A program made the position numbers and the translations under genes. From Squalus acanthias (lineage: Eukaryota), in assembly GCA_030390025.1 (NCBI GenBank), contig CM059425.1:173974001-174038000 (forward strand): 64,000 bases of DNA. Reading direction: 5' to 3'. The notes below the pieces were generated by a model. That model saw only the letters and a program-made list of their open reading frames with translations, was not told the DNA's origin and did no database searches. Positions 23,063 to 35,355 of the stretch are shown here, piece after piece. Within the stretch, counting starts at the first letter, position 1. Every line of letters begins with the position of its first letter.

Positions 23063-25580
23063 GGGCTCGATTTTGCCAGGCCCGAGGAGGTGGGATTGGA
23101 GGCGTGTGAGGTGGTAAAATCGCAAAAAATGGCGGGCGGGCCCGATCCCGCCTCCGAGCAATTTTCCCAAATGCGTGTTTTCTGACCCCGTTTCCATCCC
23201 ACCTCCAAGAGGCGGGATAGGCCCTTAAGGCCCTTAACAACCAGTTAAGTGCCTCTATAATCCCATTTTGAGCAGCGTTTCTGATTTTACCACTTTTCCC
23301 ACGTCCTGCACGGCTCCTCTGGAACACGCCAGTGAATCCTGGCGGCCTCACAAGTGGACTGCTTACTAACAGCTGCAGCTCCACCATTTAAAAGGAGTTT
23401 TCAGCAATCATCATTTGCAGGTGGCAGAACTTTGTTGTCTCAGGTCTGGGGGAACTTTTAGCAGCCATACCCATTGTTGTGGAAGTTTGGAGCCTGACAC
23501 CCATCTCCAGTGTGACCTCCTGGGAAACCCCTCTCGCCACCTTGGCTGAGCGCTTCCTCAACTGAGGCATATACCAGAAGCATGGGAACCATTTATTTCC
23601 TTTCCTCCTGGACATCAGATTCGGACGAAGACCAGCCGTGGCAGCAGCAGAACCATGAACAACAGCACCACCAATAGCAGCAGCAACAACAGGAGCGCCA
23701 AGCTGCTGCTCACCCACCTGAAGCTGCACAGGCCAGAAGGCACCAGCGCGCGACCACATTGCTGCCCGGGATGCAAGGGACGCACTCATCTTGACCAGAT
23801 TTGCTTAGCCTGCACAATCAAACACTTTTGCCTCGCACCTTCTTATCAGACCATCGACAATGGCCAAGAACCTGCGGATTCCTATCACTCTGACCACCAT
23901 ACTGACAATTGCAAGTCGCCCTAAGCCCTCAATGTGGAAGTCCCATTAGCGAAATGACACACGCCACAACTGCAACAGTTTGCCATCAGAAATTTTTATG
24001 ACAATAAGCAACTGATGGCTTTTCAAAATTAAACACATTACACCCAAGTGACTACCCTTGTGACTACTTGTGCATTATCTTCCTCTTACGCGTGCTCCTA
24101 CGTGGTGCTTCCCCTGTGGCTTAAGCAGATGTGGAGGGCCCCTTGCTCACTTTCTTGCTGCTCCTGTCTCGGCACATTTGGCGGGCGTCCTCTGGGGTTG
24201 CGAACCTGTGAGGGCTCGGCAACAGTCAGCTGCTCCTGCGGCTGTGCAGGGGTTGAGACGCCGATCTCAGTTGGGTGAGGACTCTGTTGGGGCTCTGACC
24301 GAGGGCTCTGCAGTGGCATGGTCGTGTGAGCGCTTGGAGAGGAGCCCCCACTTCCTTGTTGTATGCCACCAACATCCCTCTCATGGGTCAGCCCCACTTC
24401 AGAGCTAGCAAGTGGCTGGACAGCACCTTGCTGCACTGCAGGGGGGCCATGAGGACCCGTTCCTGCACTGGAAGTCCTACTCCAGAGGACTTGCATGAAG
24501 GTCTGGTTTGTTTGCTCAATAGCTGACCATCGCTCCTCAAGAGATGTCAGTCTATTCTGAACAATTACCATGTTTTCCATACCCTGGCGACTAAGCTCCT
24601 CCATGGACGTAGCCATCCTCTCCTCTACCGCAGCCATCCTCTCCTCTACAGTAGCCAGCCTTACCATGGAGGTAGCCATCCTTTCCAAGGAGGTTGCCAT
24701 CCTTTCCGTGGTGATGCGTTCATGCGCCAACGCCTCCACAAAGGCTCTGCTCATGTTAGCGATGGACTCCTCCATTTGCTCCACACTCGCAGCGACCCTG
24801 CAGACAAAACCTGCCAGAGACTCCTGCACCTGTTCCTGGAGTTCGAGCACCGCTCTCCTTCTGGATGGACCCGGAGGCACAGGGTCGACATGCAGCGGAG
24901 CTGAGCTGGGAGCGTCCTCTCCACTGCGACGAGGACTCTCCACTGCTGTCCCTGTCTCCACCATCTGCTGATGCTCACTTGTGAGCTGTGATACACCAGG
25001 TGACAACTCTACTCTATGTCCTGAAGGTTCCACCGAGCTGTGAGTGTCTGCGCTGGTGCAGGGTGCGCTTAATTCTGCTGACAGAGCGCCCTCAGTGGTT
25101 GCAGCTTCCTCTGAGGAGTCTGGAAGCTCAGGCTCTTCCTCCTGGACAGTGGGGACGGGGGCTCATGATGGTCCTGTGGGGGAGTAAAGGAAAGAGTTAG
25201 AGATGTGAGGTAAAGGTTGCATGCACATTGAATTGTGCAGATGATCATAAGTCAATCTTTTAGAGCATCAGAATCATTATCAGTCACTCATGCAATGTCA
25301 ATGAGAGAGATGCCAAACTATTCTGTCACCAGCTTGCTGTGATGCGCCCGCCTGTTCATCCCCCACTTGGGAATCCTCCTCGATCCCGGCAATTTCCAGG
25401 GCCGCCTCCTCCGAGGCGGTGAGCTGGGCTACTGAGGGTGGCCCTCCTCCTGTCCTCGCTCTTTCCCTCTTATTGTGAGCTCTCTTTTCCTGCAATGAGG
25501 GACACAAGTGGCGTTTGAGTTGAAATGAAGGAGTGAGTGTAGAGAATCCATAGCATAGATGCTTAGAAGGAGACAAAGGG
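23063..25580 (+). mobile_element. Harbinger copy 2: transposase internally deleted, Myb gene exons 2-3 retained, right end missing
   Basis: Left end about 430 bp similar to the 6310 MITE; transposase N-terminus (ATG 23582) joined near 23754 to C-terminal HIAARDARDALILTRFA*; Myb exons on -. Confidence 0.85.
24070..25489 (-). pseudogene. Harbinger Myb-partner gene exon 2 (25489-25330) and exon 3 (25173 to about 24070)
   Basis: ttgcag|EKRAHNKRERARTGGGPP...QQAG|gtgacag (160 nt); ccacag|exon 3 with one TGA near its start, then a 311-aa open frame with heptad repeats. Confidence 0.82.
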
Positions 25581-25627
25581 TGTGTTCTACAACATTATCA
25601 GGATATCAGTCCAACATTATAATGGTG

Positions 25628-26752
25628 GAACACTCTTTGTTCCAGTCCTACTCGGGTCCCCTCCCTCACCTCTTTTTCCAGTACATTGATGACTGTATCG
25701 GTGCCGTCTCCTGCTGTCGCCCTGAACTAGAACATTTCATTCACTATGCTTCCAATTTCCACCCTTCCCTCACCTTCACATGGTCCATCTCCGACTCTTC
25801 CCTTCCCTTCCTCGACTTCTCCGTCTCCATCTCTGGGGATAGGTTATTGACTAACATTCACTACAAGCCCACTGACTCCCACAACTACCTGGACTACACT
25901 TCCTCCCACCCCGCCTCCTGTAAGGACTCTATTCCATTCTCCCAGTTTCTCCGTCTCCGCTGCATCTGCTCTGACGATGCCACCTTCCATACCAGTGCTT
26001 CCGACATGTCTTCCTTTTTCCTCAACCGAGGATTCCCCTCTACTGTGGTCGACATGGCCCTCGACCGTGTCCGTTCTATCTCCCGCACTTCTGCCCTCAC
26101 CCCTGCCCCTCCCTCCCGGAACCACGATAGAGTTCCCCTTGTTCTCACCTTTCACCCCACCAGCCTCCACATTCAACGGATCATCCTCCGCCATTTCCGC
26201 CACCTCCAGCGTGATCCCACCACCAAACGCATCTTCCCCTCACCTCCCCTTTCAGCATTCCGCAGGGACCGCTCCCTCCGCGACACCCTAGTCCACTCCT
26301 CTACCACCCCCAGCACCCCTTCCCCTTCGCCCGGCACCTTCCCGTGCAAGCGTAGGAGATGCAACACATGCCCTTATACCTCCCCTATTCCCACTGTCCA
26401 GGGCCCCAAACACCCCTTCCAGGTGAAACAGCGATTTACTTGTACTTCCTGCAATTTAGTGTACTGTATTCGCTGCTCACGATGTGGTCTCCTCTACATT
26501 GGGGAGACCAAATGCAGATTGGGTGACCGCTTTGCGGAACACCTCCGTTCAGTCCGTAAGGGGGACCCTGAGTTCCTGGTGGCCTGTCACTTTAATTCAC
26601 CGCTTCACTCCCACTCTGACCTCACCGTCCTCGGCCTATTACACTGTTCCACGGAAGCTCAGCGTAAGCTTGAGGAACAGCACCTCATCTTTCGTTTAGG
26701 CACCCTACAGCCCTGTGGACTCAATATCGAGTTCAACAATTTTAGATCATAA
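25628..26752 (+). CDS. Penelope RT (partial) plus GIY-YIG endonuclease, uninterrupted frame
   Basis: QYIDD, LPFLD, YKPTDSHNYL, SIPFSQFLRLR, CKRRRCNTC, NLVYCIRCSRCGLLYIGET..RLGDRFAEH, RKLEE, GLN. Confidence 0.88.
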   Translation, partial: EHSLFQSYSGPLPHLFFQYIDDCIGAVSCCRPELEHFIHYASNFHPSLTFTWSISDSSLPFLDFSVSISGDRLLTNIHYKPTDSHNYLDYTSSHPASCKDSIPFSQFLRLRCICSDDATFHTSASDMSSFFLNRGFPSTVVDMALDRVRSISRTSALTPAPPSRNHDRVPLVLTFHPTSLHIQRIILRHFRHLQRDPTTKRIFPSPPLSAFRRDRSLRDTLVHSSTTPSTPSPSPGTFPCKRRRCNTCPYTSPIPTVQGPKHPFQVKQRFTCTSCNLVYCIRCSRCGLLYIGETKCRLGDRFAEHLRSVRKGDPEFLVACHFNSPLHSHSDLTVLGLLHCSTEAQRKLEEQHLIFRLGTLQPCGLNIEFNNFRS

Positions 26753-27028
26753 CCTCAGCCCCTATCACAATTATATTTTATTTTTTCATCCACCCTTTTG
26801 TTTGGTCCCCCCCCTTTTTTTTCCTCCTAGAAGCTGGCAGCTGTCCTTCATTCTGCCATTGCATTTCACACTTCTTTTAGCCTCAACCTGTCACATTTAC
26901 ACCTCCTCTTGCCTTGATCATCTCTTAATGTCTCTTGATGTCTCTTAATCTCTCCTTTTGTTCCTTCATCCCCTCCCCCTTTTCCCAGCTTTATCCTTGC
27001 TTTAAATCTATTTCATTTCCTGCTTTAT

Positions 27029-27070
27029 CCAGTTCTGACAAAGGGTCTTCGACCTGAAACGTTAACTCTG
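27029..27070 (+). ncRNA. Minimal hammerhead motif with core mutation (CTGACAA)
   Basis: ccagtt-CTGACAA-agggtcttcgacct-GAAA-cgtt-aactctg; G8 of the CUGANGA core is replaced by A. Confidence 0.65.
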
Positions 27071-27725
27071 TTTCTCTCTCCACGGATGCTGCCTGGCCTG
27101 CTGAGTTTTTCCAGCGTTTTCTGTTGTTATTTTGGATTTCCAGCATCCGCAGTATTTTGCTATCGTATTATAATGGTGTCACTTGACAGGAGGAAAGGTC
27201 TTCACTGAGAAATAATATACTCCTTTATCAGGTTCTGTTGTGCATAACCATTTTTATTTTAATGTTCTTCTCTGTCTCCCCCGCTGCCCCCCCTCCCGCC
27301 CCCCCCCCCCCCCCCCCCCTCCACCCCACCCCAAAAAAGAAATCACTAAACCTGCATAAACTGTGAAGCAAACAATCTGGTCAAAGCACAGTTCAGAAGT
27401 CAACATTTTACAGTATTATAATTATCTTACATGTGTTGCAAAATCTGTTTACATCATAGAAATATAGAGGAAATTTAGCACTCAAAGGGTTCCAATAATT
27501 CCATTAAAATAGAAGGATTCATTATAATAATGATGGCCCTATGATCATCCTTAATTACCTTTGGCAAAGCTGTGTTACACGTGAATGAATCTACACTATG
27601 TCATTTAGTGGATTAAATATAAAACAACTTCATTATAGCACTCGTAGGCATTAGCTGAGTGCGATGTGTCAGCTGCTAGTAACTGCATTCATTTCTTACT
27701 CTGTGTTCTGTTGTTTCTTGTCTAG

Positions 27726-27863
<138 letters not shown>

Positions 27864-28132
27864 TAATAGACAGATGACATTTTTATGTCAAAGAAAATTG
27901 GCTAGCTGCTTTTCCTTCTTACAAATAGCTTATTATTAAGCTTTTTTTTAGCTGCAGAAAAGCACTATGGCACAATATGGTGGCCAATTTAAAGGTGTTA
28001 AAAGAACACTCCATAGTCTGTTCAAAATGTGAAAAATGCATTGCCCTATTTTAATTTTTAAAAACAGGAATTAGCAGGGCATGTCACAATCACATCATGA
28101 ATAATTACCAAAGCTCTTTTGTATTTAAAAAA

Positions 28133-28243
28133 GGAAAGAAAGACTTGTAATTATATAGCGCCTTTCACAGCCACCGAACGTCCCAAAGCGCTTTACAGCC
28201 AATGAAGTACTTTTTGAAGTGTAGGCACTGTTGTAATGTAGGA
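28133..28243 (-). mobile_element. Deu-domain SINE (SacSINE1-like) 3' fragment
   Basis: L2-like tail plus gaagtactttttgaagtgtag..actgttgtaatgtaggaa; similar to 37025-37212. Confidence 0.65.
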
Positions 28244-29029
28244 ATTGTAATTAATTGTAATGTAAGAATTGTAATTAATTGTAATTTACATGAACCAGAA
28301 GTGATACAGCACTTGTAACTGAATTCTGGCTGAAGTACAGCATTTAATCCAGTAATTACAAGGCAGAACAAAGCTTTCAATGCAAACATTTATAGAATCA
28401 ACTAAATAAATGATGTTTCACCAGCTCACAGCTTAAATCCAATCTCCATTGCCATACAATAATAGGAAACAAGTTCACAGTTTCCCAGTAAATTTCAACC
28501 TTATGATTTATATTATTAAAAATGTATGTTTTGTCAATATGTGAATGTTGAATTATTGTGTGGTGTTGATAAATTGCTGCAGTGCTATTTGCGTCTAGTT
28601 TTACATGATTTTTACTTGTGTAACTATTGATTTTGGGTAATATGTTTAGAATTGATTGCAAAAATAAACCCACATCATAAATTTCAAATTGTTTAACTTG
28701 AAGAAATTCAGTAATACACTGGGATTGCTGGTGTGTACCTTATTTATAGAGCATCAACACCCCCCAGTATATTATAGAGCCACTTCAACTAGGATTGATT
28801 CTATATTTTAAAGGTGACATTAGAAAAGTTGAGGAAATTAATAGAATCACATTCAATGCAAATACCCAACCCGCATTCAGCCATTTTCTAGAGCAGTAAT
28901 ATCCAAATTGCAGTCCATGGCCCCCATGTGGCCCCTGAGCCTTGGTGCTTGAATCCTCAAAGCCTAGGCAATTCTGTCCTATTTGTATTTATATTCATTA
29001 TTTGCTGGTTTAACTATTTTTAATTTTGT

Positions 29030-29325
29030 GGGCCTGGAGTTTAAAAGTGCTATTTTTATGGCTATTCCCTCATTGATAGACAATTCCTACATTAAGGTTC
29101 GCTGTAAGAGTGATGCGTCACTCCTGCTCCTCCTAGCTCCACATCAATTGTGGAGAAATTGGATTCTTCAGTCAGGCGAGCAACCTATGGAGGCGTGACA
29201 GGTGCTGGCAGCTTACCACGATTATGTAGATGAGGCCTGAGGACCAATTTGTTGTGATCCTCGGGCCCCTGTCTTCGGGTGCACATTTGGCGCTTCAAAA
29301 CTGGCTTAAACTAATTTCTAGGCCT
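29030..29325. mobile_element. Possible old Harbinger-type MITE
   Basis: Imperfect TIRs gggcctggagttt / aatttctaggcct. Confidence 0.4.
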
Positions 29326-30008
29326 GGGTGTAGTGTCATAACTGATTGCCACTGTTGGAACAAAATTTGACTAAAACCTAAATAAAACCACCTGATAAAA
29401 TTACATATAGTGAAAGAAATACAAGTTACCTGCAATAATCTCATGGTTATGGTTGAATCTTGGGTTCAGATGATAGATAAAAAGCATTCAGCCTTCACTC
29501 TTGAACTTAATTGTGTCATCTAAACACTTTGATTACATTATTGATTTGAATCGCTCCCAGATTACAATTGCTGCCTACTTTGGATTTTGCAATTCAAATT
29601 AATCAATGCTTTAATTATTAGAATCCATTCTTTGTTATATTCAGCAAATGGACAGTTAATTTTCACCAAATTTGTCTTAAGCACTGAGACTGGAATCTGA
29701 GTTAGTGTCTAAAGGCTATTTATTTATTGGAAGAGCTGCTCTGGATTATTTCTCTTGACTGTGTCCCTAAAGAAACCTGACAAAACTCATTCAACATATC
29801 GTTGGCAGATTTATTGTGTCAGGCCCTGCTTGCACTCATCCCATTGCTGCAACAGTATGAAAGAATTGTCTTAATCACTGAACACCCCACTTGCTTATCC
29901 TTCAGAATTCTTTTTAAAAACAATTTCATAAAGCTCATCAAAAACATCTTAGGAAACAAAATAATGCAGCAGGAAGAAGACTGAACAGTGCACTCTTTTT
30001 CTTTTTAG

Positions 30009-30083
30009 CTGATTTTGGACTTTCCAAAATTGTGGATGATCAGGTGACCATGAAGACTGTATGTGGAACGCCAGGATACTGTG
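30009..30083 (+). CDS. CAMK4: CaMKIV coding exon (DFG and activation loop; probably exon 7)
   Basis: ctttttag|CTGAT...TGTG|gtaggt; 75 nt; (A)DFGLSKIVDDQVTMKTVCGTPGYC; phase 1 matches the previous exon; activation-loop Thr (CaMKK site) retained. Confidence 0.95.
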
Positions 30084-30532
30084 GTAGGTTTTCTGATTAT
30101 ATAAATATTAATTTCCAGAAATTCTTTATCTGTCCTGTGGATATGAGCATTTGTATTCATTCAACTCCTATATATGCTGAAAGACCAGAAATGATGTAAA
30201 AGGCCAGTAGGATGAGCTTCTTTAGACCACCTGAGAGCTGTTCCCTCCTTGGAGTTCCAGGGAAACAGATGGATAGATCCACTGGAACCATGGAGACTGT
30301 GGGCTGGATTTCCCTCCTCTGGCAGGACTTCTTCTTGGGGTCCTCATCCTGCCATGACCCTGATTCAGTTTCTTGGTCAGGGGTCAATATCTATGTGTGT
30401 GAGCTCCTAGTGGGGTTTCCGCTCCACAGGCCATCTGCAGTGGAATAGCCAATTATAACAGCCCCAATGAAGTGGAGTTAAAAAAAATTAGGCCTTAAAC
30501 AGAACCGAAGCCTAAAATAGGGTTGGAGCTTG

Positions 30533-32585
30533 AGGCCGGTCAGTTTAATATCAGTGGTGGGTAAAGTTTTAGAAACAATAGTCAAGGAAAAAATTAACGA
30601 GCACTTGGAGAGGTGTAAGCTAATTAAGGAGAGCCAACACGGATTTGTAAAAGGCAGATCGTGTTTGACTAATCTAATTGAATTTTTTGATGAAGTAACA
30701 GAGAGGATTGATGAAGGGAGTGCAATGGATGTTGTCTACATGGATTTTCGGAAGGCGTTTGATAAAGTACCACATAGAAGGCTGGTTAACAAAATTGAGG
30801 CTCATGGAATAGGTGGGTCAGTGGCAGCTTGGATCAGAAATTGGCTTAAGGACAGAAAACAGAGAGTTGTGGTAAATGGCTGTTTTTCAGACTGGAGGAT
30901 GGTAGACAGTGGTGTTCCCCAAGGGTCAGTGCTGGAGCCACTGCTTTTTTTGATATGTATAAATGACCTGGATATTGGAATACAGAGTAGAATTTCTAAA
31001 TTTGCCGATGACACCAAACTTGGGGGTGTGGCAAACAGCGATGATGATACCAATCGACTGCAACAGGACATAGATAGGCTAGCAGAATGGGCAAACAAGT
31101 GGCAGATGGAATTTAATACAGAGAAGTGTGAGGTGATGCATTTTGGCAGAAGGAACAGGGAGAGGCAATATACACTTAATGGCACAGTTTTAAAGAGTGT
31201 GCAGGGACAGAGGGACCTGGGAGTTAATGTGCATAGGTCCCTGAAGGTGGCAGGACATGTTGAGAGAGTGGTTAACAAAGCATATGGGATCTTGGGCTTC
31301 ATAAATAGAGGTATTGAGTACAAAAGTAGAGAAGTTATGCTGAACCTTTATAAAGCCCTGGTTAGGCCACAACTGGAGTATTGCGTCCAGTTCTGGTCAC
31401 CACATTTTAGGAAGGATGTAAAGGCCCTTGAGAGGGTGCAGAGGAGATTTACCAGAATGGTTCCGGGCCTGGGGGATCTTAGCTACAAGGACAGGTTGGA
31501 GAAGCTGGATTTGTTTTCATTAGAGCAAAGGAGGTTGAGGGGTGATTTGATAGAGGTGTACAGGATTATGACGGGTTTGGATAGGCTAGACGGGGAAAGG
31601 CTGTTCCCACTAGTTGATGGTACAAGGACTAGGGGACACAGATTTAAGGTTTTAGGCAAGAGATACAGGGGGATGTGAGGAAAAACTTTTTTACGCAGCG
31701 AGTGGTGATGACCTGGAATTCGCTGCCGACGGAAGTGGTGGATGCGGAGACACACAGGGCTGGATTTTCATTGACCCGTGGAGGTGGGTTTGGAGGCGTG
31801 TGGGGGGTTAAAATTGCGAAAACTGGCGGGCGGGCACAAGCCCGCCTCCATCCCGCCTCCACGCAATTTTCATTAAATCGTGTCTGCTAGTCCCGCCTCT
31901 AAGAGGCGGGATAGGCTGCTAAGGCCCTTAACAAGCACTAAATTGCCTCCATTTTGAAAGGCCTTTGTGATTTTAACCCTTTTTCTACGTGAAGCACGCC
32001 TGTTCTGAACCACGAATGTGAAACCTGGCGGGAGCACATTTGGATAGCTGGCTGGCTGGCTGATCTGGATGGATGGATGAGGAGGAGACATATATGGGAG
32101 TGGTGGTGCAAAAATATCTGGGAGTGGTGGTGCGAAAATATCTGGGAGCAGACTTAGGGCTGCTGCTGCTCATTTTGCATCCAGGTCCTCTCACAGCAAA
32201 GGCCAGGCAGTCTTTGCAGACCTTCAATGCAGCAGCAATGATGACATCATCAGAGGCGACTTTCAGACTGAAAACACTAATTGGTTCATGGGTTCCCACA
32301 TGCTGGAACTCAATTGCCCAATTAGGTGAAAATCGCAACAATCTCCCACATCCAATTGCAGTCGGGTGGATAACACGAAAAGTGGATGACACGACCCCAA
32401 CCCGCCCCAGTATCAAAATCCAGCCCTCAATGTTTACAAGGGGAGACTGGATAGGCACTTGAGGGAAATAAACTTGCAGGGCTACGGGGATAGAGCGGGA
32501 GAATGGGACTGACTGGATTGCTCTACAGAGAGCCGGCATGGACTCGATGGGCCGAATGGCCTCCTTCTGTGCCGTTATGACTCAA
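30533..32585 (+). mobile_element. CR1 LINE 3' part interrupted by a MITE at 31757-32426
   Basis: 382-aa ORF2 segment 30530-31678; CR1 sequence resumes at 32427 to the 3' UTR ggccgaatggcctccttctgtg. Confidence 0.92.
31757..32426 (+). mobile_element. Harbinger MITE nested in CR1
   Basis: TIRs gggctggatttt / aaaatccagccc; flanks ACA/TCA; right half matches the 6310 MITE. Confidence 0.88.
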
Positions 32586-32734
32586 TGAGAAGGAGAATTG
32601 CCTACTACCCTTTCCCTCCAGAAAGGACATCAGCAGGACATTAACCCAGGGGCTATTGCCAACCCTCTCCTGGTGGTCTCTGGGATCAGCAGTGATAGGC
32701 TAGGAAATTAGGTGGGTTGCTGGGCCCTGCCTCC

Positions 32735-34555
32735 CATAGGAACAGGAGTAGGCCATTCATCCCCTTGAGCCTGCTCCACCATTCAATGAGATCATGGCTG
32801 ATCTGCGACCTAACTCCATATACCCGTCTTTGGCCCATATCCCTTAATACCTTTGGTTAACAAAAAGCTATTAATTTCCAATTTAAAATTAACAATTAAT
32901 CTAGCATCAATTGCCATTTGCGGAAGAGAGTTCCAAACTTCTACTTTCCTTTGTGTGTAGGAGTGTTTCCTAATTTCACTCCTGAAAGGTCTGGCACTAA
33001 TTTGTAGACTATGCCCCCTAGTCCTAGAATCCCCAACCAGTGGAAATAGTTTCTCTCTATCTACCCTATCTGTTCCCCTTAATATCTTGAAAACTTCGAT
33101 CAGATCACCCCTTAACCTTCTAAATTCCAGGGAATACAACCCTAATTTGTGTAATCTCTCCTCATAACTTAATCCTTGAAGTCCAGGTATCATTCTGGTA
33201 AACCTATGCTGCACTCCCTGCAAGGCCAATATATCCTTCCTAAAGTGTGGTGCCCAGAACTGCTCACAGTACTCCAGGTGTGGTCTAACCAGGGTTTTGT
33301 ATAGCTGCAGCATAACTTCTACCCCCTTGTATTCTAGTCCTCTAGATATAAAGGCCAGCATTCCATTAACCTTTTTGATTATTTTCTGTACCTGTTCATG
33401 ACATTTTAATGATCTATGTACCTGGACCCCCAAGTCTCTTTGGACATCCACTGTTTTTAGCCTTTCACCACTTAGAAAGTACCCTGTTCTATCCTTTTTA
33501 GATCCAAAGTGGATGACCTCATATTTGCCTACATTGAAATCCATTTGCCACAGTTTTGCCCATTCACTTAATTTGTCGATATCCCTTTGTAGTTTTATGC
33601 TTCCATCTACACTGCCTACAATTCCACCTATCTTTGTGTCATTGGCAAATTTGGATATATGACTTTCTATGCCATCATCTAAGTCGTTAATAAATACTGT
33701 GAATAGTTGAGGCCCCAACACAGATCCCTGCAGGACACCACTAGTCACATCCTGTCAATTTGAGTACCTACCCATTATCCCTACTGCCTGTCTCTTGCCG
33801 CTCAGCCAATTTCCTAACCAGGTCAATAATTTGCCCTCAATTCCGAGACCTTAGTAACAGTCTCTTATGTGGCACTTTATCAAATGCCTTCTAAAAGTCG
33901 ATATAAATAACATCCATAGGCATTCCCCTAAACACTACTTTAGTCACCTCTTCAAAAAACTCAATCAAGTTTGTCAGGCATGACCTGCCTTTCACAAATC
34001 CATGCTGGGTCTCTCTATCTCTCTGATCAACTGAAAATTTTCGAGGTGTTCAGTCACCCTATCCTTAATTATAGACTCTAGCAATTGCCCAACAACAGAT
34101 GTTTGGCTAACTGGTCTATAATTCCCTGGTTTCCCTCTCTCACCAATTTTAAATAGTGGAGTGACATGCGCAATTTTCCAATCTAAAGGAACAGTTCCTA
34201 AATCAAGAGAACTTTGGAAGATTATAGTTAGGGCATCTGCAATGTGCTCACCTACTTCCTTTAAAACCCTGGGATGGAAACCATCTGGTGCTGGGGATTT
34301 GTCACTCTTTAGTGCCATTATTTTCTTCATTACTGTTATTTTACTTACATTAATTTTATTGAGTCCTTGTCCCTGATTCAGTTTCCTTGGGATTTCTGAC
34401 ATGCTGTCCTCTTCCTCTACTGTAAATACTGACACAAAGTAATTATTCAACAGGTCTGCAATTTCCTCATTATCATTGATAATATCATCGCTTTCAGTTT
34501 TTAAGGGGCCAACATTGCTCTTGACTACCCTCTTTTTCCTAATATAATTGTAAAA
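32735..34555 (-). mobile_element. CR1 LINE 3' half
   Basis: ORF2 pieces 33992-34450 and 32810-33748; 3' UTR at 32735-32810. Confidence 0.92.
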
Positions 34556-35355
34556 AAATGTTGTGTTATATGCAGCGAAGTGATGAAGGGATGACCGACG
34601 GTTTTTCTTCGGGTGGTGGGGGAGGAAAATCTTGGTCGAGCAGAGACCCGGCAGTAGGCCTACCCACCCAATTTTCAGTTGGTATAAGCCTCAATTTCAG
34701 GAGGTTTAGAAGCCTGTATCTTAGATACATTATCATCAAATAAGTTTCCAGATTGGCCTCTGCAAAATGTAAAACAACAAAAAATAAATCTATGGAGTGG
34801 TCACTTCTTTCCTAGTGAAACAAATGATTTTACAGTTTTGGGTCAAGAAATTCATCTACTTACCGCCACCTGTTAGCACCAGTGATTCTGGAAAAAATGG
34901 CGGCGGCCGCTCTTGCGCCAACTGGAGGCGGTCACACGGCGGCCGCCATATTCATGGCCCCCTTTGTCGGCAGCGCCCTGTAAAAAAAAAATGGCAGCGT
35001 GCAACGCCGACTTAACTTTACCTATGCGAAATTCGACCCGAGCGCTCAATTCAGCGCTGGGTCCAAAGCACGGCAGGTTAACCTGCCGTGCAAGCAGGCT
35101 GACAGACGCTGACAGCGGCGATATCTGCAGCTGTTGAAGGGACACACACATCAATCAGGTAAGTCTGAATGGAAGGGTTTGGCCTTGGTTTTTTAGATTT
35201 TCTTGAAGTGGTGGCTTGCTGCAATATATGTGAAAAGTTTTTAAAGTGTTTTGGGAGTGCTGCTGGACGCTTGCAAGGGCTTGGATGGTAAGTGAACGCC
35301 TTTGGAAAGACAGAACTTGCTGCGAATACTCAGCAGGTCACGCTACATCCGTGGA

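Larger units (their letters stand above)
25628..27166 (+). mobile_element. Penelope-like retroelement, 5' truncated
   Basis: 12-bp TSD attataatggtg (25616-25627, 27167-27178); RT C-terminus and GIY-YIG ORF; 3' region with hammerhead motif. Confidence 0.92.

Noticed and set aside
25559..25627. N-terminus of the 397-aa ORF as a true start, or Penelope as the cause of the Harbinger truncation
   Set aside because: The TSD places the Penelope start at 25628; upstream codons are flanking DNA and the Harbinger similarity ends earlier, near 25580.
1..27725. Upstream CAMK4 exon (IVEKGYYSERDAA-like)
   Set aside because: Not found by eye; probably lies before the window, though I could have missed it.
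28243..28288. 24-bp tandem duplication aattgtaattaattgtaatgtaag
   Set aside because: Ordinary slippage at a SINE truncation point.
30802..31323. Recurrent antisense ORFs over CR1 RT (also 47320-47856, 54267-54671, 21408-21626)
   Set aside because: Shadow frames of the conserved ORF2 codon pattern; no independent evidence.
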